A stretch of DNA of 63,805 nt, counting the filler, from Octopus bimaculoides (taxonomy: Eukaryota): NCBI RefSeq assembly GCF_001194135.2. It is 6 parts of 4 records of this genome, joined end to end, with 100 filler letters (N's around TTAATTAATTAA, not from the genome) between each part and the next. Parts side by side here need not be neighbours in the genome. Positions count along the whole stretch, not along the records: positions 38,142 to 54,465 come from NC_068984.1; positions 54,566 to 60,469 come from NC_068986.1; positions 60,570 to 61,788 come from NC_068984.1; positions 61,889 to 63,805 come from NC_068996.1; 2 more parts are not named here. One strand, written 5' to 3'. Positions 52,625 through 63,805 of the stretch are shown here, in pieces. Below the pieces are notes generated by a model. The model did not search any database. It saw only the letters and a program-made list of their open reading frames with translations, and had not been told where the DNA came from. Both the position numbers and the translations under genes were made by a program. The number at the start of each line of letters is the position of its first letter. Positions within the stretch are counted from its first letter, which is position 1.

Positions 52625-54347
52625 CTTACAGAGAGGTGCAGTTCCGGAGTAGATGAGAGAGGGAAGAACAACTTGTTAATGAAAGATCGGTCAAAGGGCA
52701 ATGAGGTTGGCAATTACTGACCCATTGTTTGTCTTAACCTTTTATGGAAAGTATTAACAGATACCTTCGCAGGGAAAATATATACGTTTTTTGTGGAAAA
52801 CAGTCTACTGCCAGTTGAACAAAAGGGATACCGAAAAGGATCCAAGGGTACCAAGGACCGCTTTTTGATAGACAAGGTTATAATGAAGAACTGTAAACGG
52901 TACCAAAAAAAAAACTTATGCATGGCCTGGATAGACTTCAAAAAGGCTTACGACATATTGCTGCACTCGTGGATTTTGGAAACACTCGACATGTGTAGAA
53001 TAGCTGAGAACGTGTGTGCACTGATCAGGAAAAGCATGCTTAGTTGGAAAACGTGTCTTTCCTGTAACAACCAGCACTTAACTGAGGTAACAATCAAAAT
53101 AGGTATCTTTCAAGGAGACTATAGTTCACCTCTGGTATTTGTTATCACCTTAATCCCATTTTCTGAAGTCCTATGCAAAATCAAAGTACATTATGAGCTG
53201 AGAAAGAATGGACCTCGTCTCAACACCTTCTTTTCATGGAAGATTTAAAACTGTTCGCAAAAACAGAGCCTGAAATAGAGAGGCTTGCTGAGACTGTGCA
53301 AAGATGCAGCAAGGATATAGAGACGGAATTCAATATCTCGAAGTGTGTGGTGCTTACTTAGAAGCTGGGGGGAAAGTGTAAATTGTAGGGGTATAGAATT
53401 GCCAAACAGAGAGAGAATGTAAGATCAGGATGATGATGGGTACAAGTACCTTGGGATCCTGGAGCTGAACAATATCTTGCATAAGGAAATGAAAGACAAG
53501 GTTCATCACTGCATACTTCAAGTGCCTCAAATTTCTCTTGAAATCAAAACTCAACTCAAGGAACCTTGTGACTGCCATCAACACATGGGCTGTTGCTATA
53601 GTGCACCTATCCAGAAATGGACACAAGTGGAGATTGACCAACTCGATCGCACTACCTGAAAGACAATGGCAATACATGCTGCCCTCCACCCTAAGGCCAA
53701 TGTACATAGGCTTACATGAAGAGAGATAAAGGTGGACGTGGGCTGATTAGTGTACGGGAATGCATCAACAGTGAAAGAAGAAGCATGCTGCTAGTGCTGA
53801 AGGAGTTAACAAAAACAGATTGAGAGTGCTCACGAATTCCGATCAAGAACAGCCAACGAGAGAGAAGAGACCCTACTCCGTATGGGATTACATGGTCAGT
53901 TCAAGATGTTAGAGCACCGAAGGCCGGATATAGTAACCTTTTGGAGGAACAAACAAAAGTGCCTAATAATTGACGAGGCAGTACCAGGAGATAAACATAT
54001 TATCATGGAAGAAAGAGGAAAATGTTGATAAATATGGAGCCTGAGAATTGAGATCACTAAGATGAGGCAGCTACGAAAGTCAAACATAAGGTTTATCCCT
54101 ATTGTCATCAGAGCATTGGGTTCAATACCACCTAATCTGAAAAAAAAAAAACATCTGAAAACCTTAGAAATACCCTACAATCTAGATGGATTGCAAAAGT
54201 CGGCATTACTTGGAACTGCACGCATATTGCGTAAAGTACTGTCTGTCTGAGGTGCTGGTTGCGACTTGACAAACAGTACAAACCTCCGGTAGACACAATA
54301 TCTTCAATCAGCAACCTCACGATATTGTATACTGTGCGACGTCTATG
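52625..54347 (+). mobile_element. 5'-truncated R4/Dong-clade retrotransposon (element 3): RT plus RLE, pseudogenised
   Basis: Motifs: GAVPE*M.EGRT, KGNEVGNY*PIVCLNLLWK, EQKGYRKGSKGTKD, LCMAWIDFKKAYD..LHSWI, GIFQGD..SPL.F, FMEDLKLFAK (53233), YKYLGILE, LHPKANVHRL, LHGQF, RPDIV...CLIIDEAVPGD, LQKSALLGTARILRKVLSV*. A 3' UTR and a (TAA)n tail follow. Confidence 0.93.

Positions 54348-54419
<72 letters not shown>
54348..54419 (+). repeat. (TAA)n tract directly 3' of element 3
   Basis: Read directly from the sequence. Confidence 0.97.
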
Positions 54420-54641
54420 GAATGTTTGAAAAACCTTAAATTTGACAAGAGTATCAAACCTACAANNNNNNNNNNNNNNNNNNNNNNNNNNNNNNNNNNN
54501 NNNNNNNNNTTAATTAATTAANNNNNNNNNNNNNNNNNNNNNNNNNNNNNNNNNNNNNNNNNNNNCTCTCTCTCACTCTTTCTCTCTCTCTCTCTCACCC
54601 TCTCTCTCGCTCTCGCTCTCTCTCGCTCTCGCTCTCTCTCG

Positions 54642-54679
<38 letters not shown>

Positions 54680-55241
54680 CTCTCTCTCTTTTTCTATCTC
54701 CCTTCCCTCTATTTCTCTCTCCCTCACTCTCCCCATTTTTCTCTCTCTCCCTCTCCCTCTTTCTATCTTCCTTCCCTCTATTTCTCTCTTCCCCACTCTC
54801 CCCTTCTCTCTCCCTCTCCATCTATCACATCCTGCCTGTTACGATAGCTCAAGCGTGATGGGCACCGAGAGGGCGTCTATGTGTGCAAGCGACTATACAG
54901 GCTCTAAAAACAATTAGCGAAACCATGGTACATCTTACCAACCGATACTCGCTTGCGAGTGACGGCTGTTCTGCATTTATACTAATATATCGATTCTAAT
55001 TACCGAATGTTTATTTAATCATTCATTCATTAGAAAGGAACGCCTCTCTACGCACCCTTTCACACCGGTATCTGCAAACACTCATACATTTATAATATAG
55101 GTAGCTTTTGGTTATTCTCGGAAAAACAAGGACTTAGCATGAGGATAAGACACAATGAAGACTTGTAGAATATTGTATTACATAAATAACACATAAAGTA
55201 ATCTGTGTGATCATGTGTGTTTTGTGTGTGTGTGTTCATCT

Positions 55242-55292
<51 letters not shown>

Positions 55293-55431
55293 ATTTATTT
55301 CCAGTTCTTGCTCTCAAAAATTCAAGAAGACTTACTACAACTCAAACAAAACAGCTCATTACGTAATTATAAAGTGTGATATTTATTTATATATAATTAA
55401 ATATCTTACAAATGATTCGAGCATTTTAATC

Positions 55432-55470
<39 letters not shown>

Positions 55471-55840
55471 AAACATAAATGTATGCTTTCAAATATGTAT
55501 GCGTTTATGTTGTCTGTGTTACACACACACACACACATACACACACGCATAACACAAATGAAATCTGTATATGTATGTCGGATGCATTGTGATCGAGGTC
55601 CCTTGAGACCCTGTCTTGTCTAATATGTCGATATTCGCACACCTGATTGGCTACTCAAATATGTATTTCCGATGATGCCTTACACAATAACGACATTTTT
55701 GCACCAAGAAATGTTTTCGCAGGTGAAAATAACATTGTTTCATAGAATAAAACACTTGCCTTTTGTGTTTTAGAGATTGTTTTCATCACAGTACATTGTG
55801 TAACAGCATTGTTGTTGTTTTTGGTGTTGCTGTTATTTAA

Positions 55841-55842
<2 letters not shown>

Positions 55843-55874
<32 letters not shown>

Positions 55875-56268
55875 GAGTGAGAGAGCAGTGCATGCCATCA
55901 AAGTGACACTGGGGTAAAATATACAAAGCCCATTATACCCATCATGACTACCCGTCTGATAAGGGTACACCAGGCACATGCATCACAACCATATGTGCGC
56001 GACATTGTGATCTCATATCAAGATAAACAGTGCATGGCCTTGTTGTTGGGGCCCAGTTAGAATTTTCTTCGGGTCGGGTAGCCCATCCCGCTCAAAGGTC
56101 CCTGAATAAGGATTGTTTAAGGATGTTGAGCAAAACACCCATGTTTCCAAAGGGGAATTATTCAAACCCCAAAGGATTCCTCTCAACACATGGCTATGAT
56201 GCTCCCCCACTACTTCTGCTCGTCATCAGAGATGCACATATCGTCAGCCACCAAGGGACATGCTCAAT
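55843..56268 (-). mobile_element. Unclassified interspersed repeat 3' end with a (TAA)n tail on the minus strand
   Basis: Complex, GC-balanced 390-bp block that ends on the minus strand in ...GCACTGCTCTCTCACTC followed by (AAT)n (55843-55874). No coding motif was recognised. It is possibly the 3' UTR of a TAA-tailed retroelement. Confidence 0.5.
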
Positions 56269-56356
56269 TATTTATGGTCAAACAACTGACAACCAAATCT
56301 GTGGTGTTGAGCAGAATATTTGCTGTAGCCCATCTTATTATCATTATTTCTTTTTT

Positions 56357-56402
56357 TAAGGTGGTGAGCTGGCAGAATCGTTAGCACGCCGGGCGAAGTA
56401 CT
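56357..56402 (+). mobile_element. SINE family B, head, cut by a gap
   Basis: TAAGGTGGTGAGCTGGCAGAATCGTTAGCACGCCGGGCGAA. Confidence 0.85.
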
Positions 56403-57256
56403 NNNNNNNNNNNNNNNNNNNNNNNNNNNNNNNNNNNNNNNNNNNNNNNNNNNNNNNNNNNNNNNNNNNNNNNNNNNNNNNNNNNNNNNNNNNNNNNNNN
56501 NNNNNNNNNNNNNNNNNNNNNNNNNNNNNNNNNNNNNNNNNNNNNNNNNNNNNNNNNNNNNNNNNNNNNNNNNNNNNNNNNNNNNNNNNNNNNNNNNNNN
56601 NNNNNNNNNNNNNNNNNNNNNNNNNNNNNNNNNNNNNNNNNNNNNNNNNNNNNNNNNNNNNNNNNNNNNNNNNNNNNNNNNNNNNNNNNNNNNNNNNNNN
56701 NNNNNNNNNNNNNNNNNNNNNNNNNNNNNNNNNNNNNNNNNNNNNNNNNNNNNNNNNNNNNNNNNNNNNNNNNNNNNNNNNNNNNNNNNNNNNNNNNNNN
56801 NNNNNNNNNNNNNNNNNNNNNNNNNNNNNNNNNNNNNNNNNNNNNNNNNNNNNNNNNNNNNNNNNNNNNNNNNNNNNNNNNNNNNNNNNNNNNNNNNNNN
56901 NNNNNNNNNNNNNNNNNNNNNNNNNNNNNNNNNNNNNNNNNNNNNNNNNNNNNNNNNNNNNNNNNNNNNNNNNNNNNNNNNNNNNNNNNNNNNNNNNNNN
57001 NNNNNNNNNNNNNNNNNNNNNNNNNNNNNNNNNNNNNNNNNNNNNNNNNNNNNNNNNNNNNNNNNNNNNNNNNNNNNNNNNNNNNNNNNNNNNNNNNNNN
57101 NNNNNNNNNNNNNNNNNNNNNNNNNNNNNNNNNNNNNNNNNNNNNNNNNNNNNNNNNNNNNNNNNNNNNNCGTACATACATCTTTTTTCCTCTTCCCTTC
57201 AATTCCATGAAAGGTTACAAGAAAAGGAAGTTGGATGTGGTGAGAATAGATATATA

Positions 57257-57473
57257 TTTTTTGCCCACAGGGGAGCTAAACATAAAGGGGACAAACAAGG
57301 ACAGACAAAGGGATTAAGTCGATTGCATCGACCCCAGTGCGTAACTGGTACTTAATTTATCGACCCCGAAAGGATGAAAGGCAAAGTCGACCTCGGCGGA
57401 ATTTGAACTCAGAACGAAATACCTCTAAGCATTTCGCCCGGCGTGCTAACGATTCTGCCAGCTCACCGCCCTA
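57257..57473 (-). mobile_element. SINE family B, full-length (tail type 1)
   Basis: Reverse complement of the B consensus with a small deletion in the head. Confidence 0.9.
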
Positions 57474-58099
57474 TGTGGTGAGAATAGAGACTGTGCCAAT
57501 GGTGGGAGGAAGTGGAAGTGTGTATTTGTGAGTGCACCTGCGCGTGTGTCATTGTGTGCATGTGTGTCATTGTGTGCATGTGTGTATATGTATGTGTGTG
57601 TACCGACGTCACTATTGTTTTGCGCAAGGTCAGTCCCATGAAGTATCATCCATCGTTAAAGAAATTCAAAAACCGTGCCCATCCTGTCATTATTTTTTCA
57701 GGCAGTGAATACGTGTCCTTCATTTTCCAAAGACAGTACGGTGTGATCAGAAGAAGACTTCAATGCTATTTCTAGCCAGCGCTGGATTAACCATTAAGCG
57801 AAATAAGCATGTGCTTAGGGTATGAAGGAACGGTGGGGGCGTATCACAGAAATGAGAAATGGTTTACGGCACAAATAAAATCACTTTAAACTAAAATAAT
57901 GCTCGAATGGTTATATGATGGGAAATAATTTCAAAGCGTTCATGGTGCCATAGTAAGGATCTGATCAAAGACTTTGCAATTTAAAAAAGTAGAAAATTTC
58001 AAATATAAATAAAGTGGAAGTATACAAAAATAAACATTATTTTCCATTATTTCCATTATTTACATTTGACGGATATTTGTCCTCATCTTGTTTGTTGTT

Positions 58100-58145
58100 A
58101 ACACAACGTTTCGGCTGATGTACTCTCCAGCCTTCATCAGGTGTC
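58100..58145 (-). ncRNA. Minimal type I hammerhead ribozyme motif (Penelope-like element type)
   Basis: RNA: GACAC CUGAUGA A GGCUG gagaguacau CAGCC GAAAC GUU GUGUU. Stem I is GACAC/GUGUU, the core CUGAUGA...GAAA is intact, stem II has 5 bp, and the ACGU stem III is palindromic. Confidence 0.75.
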
Positions 58146-58239
58146 TTCGGGAACTTCATTATTTTCCAGCTTACTCTTAGTTTTGTTTCATTTTGAAAAA
58201 TGAAGATTTTTTTGGTGATGGCGGCCGGCTATGAGATTA

Positions 58240-58316
58240 TGTGATAGGCTTCTTCTAGTTTCCGTCTACCAGATCCACTCATAAAGCTTTGGTCGGCCCA
58301 TTGCTATAGTAGAAGA
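58240..58316 (-). mobile_element. SINE family A, core fragment
   Basis: GGCTTCTTCTAGTTTCCGTCTACCAGATCCACTCA...GGTCGGCCC...TATAGTAGAAGA, cut by a gap. Confidence 0.8.
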
Positions 58317-59434
58317 NNNNNNNNNNNNNNNNNNNNNNNNNNNNNNNNNNNNNNNNNNNNNNNNNNNNNNNNNNNNNNNNNNNNNNNNNNNNNNNNNNNN
58401 NNNNNNNNNNNNNNNNNNNNNNNNNNNNNNNNNNNNNNNNNNNNNNNNNNNNNNNNNNNNNNNNNNNNNNNNNNNNNNNNNNNNNNNNNNNNNNNNNNNN
58501 NNNNNNNNNNNNNNNNNNNNNNNNNNNNNNNNNNNNNNNNNNNNNNNNNNNNNNNNNNNNNNNNNNNNNNNNNNNNNNNNNNNNNNNNNNNNNNNNNNNN
58601 NNNNNNNNNNNNNNNNNNNNNNNNNNNNNNNNNNNNNNNNNNNNNNNNNNNNNNNNNNNNNNNNNNNNNNNNNNNNNNNNNNNNNNNNNNNNNNNNNNNN
58701 NNNNNNNNNNNNNNNNNNNNNNNNNNNNNNNNNNNNNNNNNNNNNNNNNNNNNNNNNNNNNNNNNNNNNNNNNNNNNNNNNNNNNNNNNNNNNNNNNNNN
58801 NNNNNNNNNNNNNNNNNNNNNNNNNNNNNNNNNNNNNNNNNNNNNNNNNNNNNNNNNNNNNNNNNNNNNNNNNNNNNNNNNNNNNNNNNNNNNNNNNNNN
58901 NNNNNNNNNNNNNNTATATATTATTGTTTATATCTTGAATTACCTATATGGGGGTACCAAAATTTGAAAAATGCTTATGGCCTCTATGGGTTTTATTTCT
59001 GCCCTGTTTCTAGCGGATCGATCAGCCTCGTAGTGGGTCTGGCGTTGGCCAGTACGTGTGTGCGTGCGCACGCATGTTTGAATATGTGTGTGTGTACGAG
59101 GTGAGGGTGGGGATAAGTATGTATGTCGGGGAGGGGAATAGGGTAGAAGGGTAAAATCCAGCTAGTAAAATACAATGACGAGTTGTTGGAACTAATCTTG
59201 CAGAACTCGTCACCATATCGCCCAACAACCCTCCAGTGACCACCCCACCCTAGCAACCACTTCCTCTACCCCGACCCCAAACTAAACCACCTTTCACCTA
59301 CCTATATACCCATCACCTTAAGTAAATTAGAAGTTGCATTTCATTTTCATTTCCATCCACAAGTTGTCTTGTTGCAGTTGTTCCGGTTGTATTTATTGAT
59401 GTTATTGTATTTATTATTTTTGCTATTGTCATGG

Positions 59435-59466
<32 letters not shown>

Positions 59467-59764
59467 ATTTTTATATCAAATATCCCCTTTCTGTCATCTG
59501 CCATCGCCATCCTCTTACTATGCCTCCCTCCGACTACACAACCTCATCACTCTCTTTCTCACATTTACACATGTTACTCTCCCTCTCTTGTCGAATTCGT
59601 TAGTCCACACGACCCGCCATCATCAGGAAGTAAAGAGAGACAAAGAGAGAGAGGGCGGAAAAGGAAGTGAAAACGGGGAGAGAAGAAAGAGTCTTGTATG
59701 TGACAAGTAATAACATGTTGCAACAGGATCTAACAAGGCAGTAATTAAGACAACAAAGGATGCA

Positions 59765-60276
59765 ATATATGTACATGTGTGTGTGTGTGTTTGTGTGTGT
59801 CTCACACTATCTATATATATATATATGTATGTATATATGTATATATATGTGTGTGAATATGTATATATGTATGTATGTATATACATATGTGTGTTTATAT
59901 ATATGTATATATATGTGTGTGTATATGTATATATGTATGTATATACATATGTGTGTATATATATATATATGTATATATATATGTGTGTATATGTATATAT
60001 GTATGCATGTATATACATATATGTGTGTGTATATATATGTATATATATATATGTGTGTATATGTATATNNNNNNNNNNTATATATGTATATATATATATG
60101 TGTGTATATGTATATATGTATGTATGTATATACATATATGTGCGTATATATATATATATATATGTGTGTATGTATATACATATGTGTGTGTATATATATA
60201 GATGTATATATAAATGTATATATGTGTATGCATATACATATATATATATATGTATATATGTGTGTGCGTATGCATG

Positions 60277-60326
<50 letters not shown>

Positions 60327-60469
60327 TATATGTATATGTATATATGTATATGTATGTATATATGTATATGTATATGTATATATATATATATATGTATGTA
60401 TATGTGTATGCATATACATATATATATGTATATATATATATGTATATATATATGTATATGTGTATATAT
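59765..60469. repeat. Long degenerate (TA)/(TG)/(TATG) microsatellite field with higher-order units
   Basis: Read directly; representative of many similar tracts (for example 20180-21700, 37740-38041 and 40200-40860). Confidence 0.95.
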
Positions 60470-60569
60470 NNNNNNNNNNNNNNNNNNNNNNNNNNNNNNN
60501 NNNNNNNNNNNNNTTAATTAATTAANNNNNNNNNNNNNNNNNNNNNNNNNNNNNNNNNNNNNNNNNNNN

Positions 60570-60614
<45 letters not shown>

Positions 60615-60754
60615 ATATAGATAGATGCACATATACACACGTGAGCATAAACTTACACATACGATTGAATGTGTTTATTATGCTTTACTTGTTTGTGCAT
60701 ATATGTGAGTGTGGGCATTGTTGCCAAGAAAGAGAGAAAGCGAGAGGATGTCAG

Positions 60755-60785
<31 letters not shown>

Positions 60786-61179
60786 CAGGAAGAAAGAGTT
60801 AAAAGACAAAAAGAAATTATAGGTGGTAAATGTCTGTTGAAGCGGGCGTGCAAGCTTAAAGTGGATGTTTCACTTATGTGTTTGCATAAGCGTATTTCTG
60901 CATGAAAATATCAAGACTTTTCATGAATTTCTATTGAAAATGAATAATCATTCAACTGTACGTTGCCGGAGATACTATAATGGAATATTAACTATTTATA
61001 TTTAACGAATATTTTTATTCAATAAACCTCTCTCTCTCCAATGTATTATTGCAAATCGTTAGAACTTATATAAATTTCTAATATAAAAGACATTTCAATA
61101 ATCAAAATTAGATTCTTTCGTTTTTCTTCTTTATTCTTTGTTTTCAATAATTTTAACTGGAAGAAAGGTTGTTTAGCAG

Positions 61180-61788
61180 AAGTTACAGCGCCTGGGGTTT
61201 TGAATTCGAAATCAACGCGAGGTTGACTTCTATTTTCATATCCTTCCTCGGTTGATTTCTAAAAGTGTCAGTGAGATAGTACAGGTATAGGTGTATGGGT
61301 AAGGATTTCGTTTCGCAGCCACGTTGTTCCGGGTTCAGTTTCAGTGCGCGGCACTTTGGGCAAGTTCGTTACTCAGGAGCTCAGATTCTTTTCTACTCGA
61401 GGCACAAGGCCCGAAATTTTGGGGGAGTGGGGTCAGTCGATTAGATCGACCCCAATACGCAACTGGTACTTAATTTATCGACCCCGAAAGGATGAAAGGC
61501 TAAGTCGACCTCGGCGGAATTTGAACTCAGAACGTAACGGCAAACGAAATACCGCTAAGCATTTCGCCCGGCGTGCTAAAGCTTCTTTTTTTCTTTATTG
61601 CCCACAAGGGGCTAAACATAGAGGGGACAGACAAGGACAGACAAAGGGATTAAGTCGATTGGATCGATCCCAGTGCGTAACTGATACTTAATTTATCGAA
61701 CCCGAAAGGATGAAAGGCAAAGTCGATCTAAGCGGAATTTGAACTCAGAACGTAAGGGCAGACGAAGTACCGCTAAGCATTTCGCCCT
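61180..61788. mobile_element. SINE pile-up: degenerate B-like (+, about 61180-61270), A head (+, 61290-61370), B tail-2 (-, 61385-61579), B tail-1 (-, 61582-61788)
   Basis: Each segment matches family A or B copies elsewhere in the window. Confidence 0.8.
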
Positions 61789-61889
61789 NNNNNNNNNNNN
61801 NNNNNNNNNNNNNNNNNNNNNNNNNNNNNNNNTTAATTAATTAANNNNNNNNNNNNNNNNNNNNNNNNNNNNNNNNNNNNNNNNNNNNG

Positions 61890-61914
<25 letters not shown>

Positions 61915-61921
<7 letters not shown>

Positions 61922-62079
61922 CATGTTTGTGTCTGTTTGTCCCCACCACCATCACTTGATAACCAATGCTGGTGTGTTTATGTCTCCGTAACTTAGTGGT
62001 TCGGCAAAGACACGTTCGACAAAAGGCGGTGCTGCAGCATGGCCGCAGTCAAATGACTGAAACAAGTAAAAGAATAAAA

Positions 62080-62082
<3 letters not shown>
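61915..62082 (+). mobile_element. SINE family A, 3' half with an internal deletion
   Basis: GTGTCTGTTTGTCCCC...GCTGGTGTGTTTA...GCATGGCCGCAGTCAAATGACTGAAACAAGTAAAAGAATAAAAGAAT. Confidence 0.85.
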
Positions 62083-62115
<33 letters not shown>

Positions 62116-62455
62116 CACACACACACACACACACACACGCGCTAATACAAACGTACATATGTATGCATACACATGTGCTTGTATGTCGGCCTGTACATAG
62201 CTACCTTTGCATGTATGAATAAATATAAATATGTTATCGTGGGTGTATGCTGCGTTTGTCTTTTTCCCCGTACATTATCTTTTACCTACTCTTTATATTT
62301 TTTTCTCCTAATCTTTCTGCCCTCTCTTCCCTTTCTCTGACTTTTCTCTCATTTACTGCTAACCTCACCATCTAAGTTAGTGTGTCCCCCTCTTTCTTCT
62401 TCTGTCTCTCACTCTCTTTCCGTTTGTATCTTTCTATCTCTCTCCTTGTTTTTCA

Positions 62456-62504
<49 letters not shown>

Positions 62505-62602
62505 GTAGAAACGCTTCATTCCTTTCTCTTTCGTAGATTTCAAAAGTAAAGGAAGAAAGAAAAATAACTTTTGCTCTTCTCATATGTCAGCCTGGTCAAC
62601 TT

Positions 62603-62694
62603 CAGTCCAAAGGACTGACGTCACAAGTCAAGGTCACAGCGGTAACTGTGACCATCTGCTGCGAATTGTTGCGCACGTGAACAGGTCATGACCT
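62603..62694. promoter_or_regulatory. Candidate cis-regulatory module (CRE, nuclear-receptor sites, E-box)
   Basis: TGACGTCA at 62616-62623, TCAAGGTCA at 62628-62636, CACGTG at 62674-62679 and AGGTCATGACCT at 62683-62694, all in a 92-bp complex island between CT microsatellites. Confidence 0.5.
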
Positions 62695-63007
62695 CTCTTT
62701 CAGTAACGAGTCTTACACAGCTTTCTAACCCTTTATTTCTTTCTTCATTCTTTCCTTTTCTTACAAATTTTATCCATTTTTCACATTTTATAACTTTTTT
62801 TATCCAATCATTTTATTCATTTATAATTGCTATTTATATTATCTGTCTGTCTGTCCGCATATCTTTCTTTCTGCTTATCTATAATGGCTGTGTTTATCTT
62901 TTCATTCTTTTCTCCTTAATTTCTTTTCTCCCTCGTTGTAGCTTTTACTTTTTGGTCTCCCTCTTCTGTGTTTTTAATACTGTTTCATCGGTATCTTTCT
63001 CTCTCTC

Positions 63008-63053
<46 letters not shown>

Positions 63054-63449
63054 CTTTGTCTTTCGCTCTCACCAACTCTCTCTCTCTTTCTCCCTTCGTT
63101 TTCTCTCAATCTCTCTCTTTTTCACGCACAAGCACTTCAACAACTACTCTCTGTCAACATCTATATTATGATTCTGCTTGTTCGTTCACACGCTACGGTT
63201 TAGTTTGTTAAAGAAAGGAGGAGGAGGAGGAGGGGGAGTGACAGAGAAGGAGAGACAGTTTGAGAGAAAGGAAGAGCGAGTGTGAGAGTGAGAGAGACAG
63301 AAGAGGAGTGAGTGAGATAGCAGATAGCCAGCCGATGCATTACACTGTCACATGTCACGTGATTAGTGGAGAAAGAGGAAGAGAGAAATGTTAACGACGT
63401 GAAGGGGAAATTACATGGGTAAAAAGCTTGTTGAAGTAAAAGGTGGGCA

Positions 63450-63493
<44 letters not shown>

Positions 63494-63668
63494 GGGAGAG
63501 AGAGAGAAAGAGAGAGAGAGAGAGTGGGGAGGTAGAAATATAAAGTGTTTAGTAGAAGAAAATTTTTAAATCATAATATATCATTGGGACTTGGAAGTAA
63601 AACAACTTTGTAAAATAGCCGTGGACGTTAATTAATTTTTTTATATTGTTTTGTGCACATTTATTGTA

Positions 63669-63805
63669 TACTAGCAGTATAACCCGACGTTGTCCGGGTG
63701 TGACTTATTACGCCATCTACGATAAGTCTTGCTAGGTGAAAATCAACTAAAAAAGAAAGCCTTACAATGAAAAAACTCTTATGATGTAAATATGTTCATA
63801 ATTCA
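63669..63805 (+). mobile_element. Possible Helitron/Helentron-type non-autonomous element start
   Basis: Begins ATACTAGCAGTATAACCCGACGTTGTCCGGGT with a small hairpin (ACCCG...CGGGT) and is cut by the window end. Confidence 0.35.

Noticed and set aside
56223-56229. CUGAUGA in the TAA-tailed repeat as a hammerhead
   Set aside because: No GAAA core half or supporting stems follow.
57777-59006. hAT-type MITE spanning the gap
   Set aside because: The ends resemble CAGnGCnGGATT-type TIRs only loosely, and most of the interior is N.
62632-62653. Estrogen response element
   Set aside because: The GGTCA and TGACC half-sites are 12 bp apart, not the 3 bp of an ERE; kept only as an inverted repeat.

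Overview
AT-rich, gap-riddled eukaryotic DNA. The repeat families look like those of a coleoid cephalopod, probably Octopus (inference from recalled sequence motifs, not a search). It consists largely of microsatellites, tRNA-derived SINEs and decayed transposons. I could not assign any protein-coding gene; almost every ORF in the supplied track is a microsatellite or N-gap translation. Supported features: one intact intron-containing tRNA-Tyr(GUA) gene (11429-11521, minus); a degenerate Tc1 DD34E transposon; several mariner relics; a CR1-type LINE 3' end; at least six R4/Dong-type (RLE) non-LTR retrotransposon pieces, including a 5 kb stack at 49.2-54.4 kb; three SINE families; several MITEs; and five artificial 100-bp scaffold linkers (N44-TTAATTAATTAA-N44). 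The most interesting signals: (1) a short dispersed element family carrying a minimal type I hammerhead-ribozyme fold with an unusual A6U core, plus one canonical-core Penelope-type hammerhead at 58100-58145; (2) a 683-bp foldback palindrome and a near-perfect 55-bp hairpin; (3) R4/Dong elements that appear to use two different microsatellite landing pads, (TAA)n and (ACAT/AT)n; (4) a tRNA-Tyr with a compensatorily rebuilt acceptor stem; (5) a dense cluster of nuclear-receptor, CRE and E-box motifs at 62600-62700. All coordinates and alignments were read by eye, so boundaries of degenerate elements are approximate.
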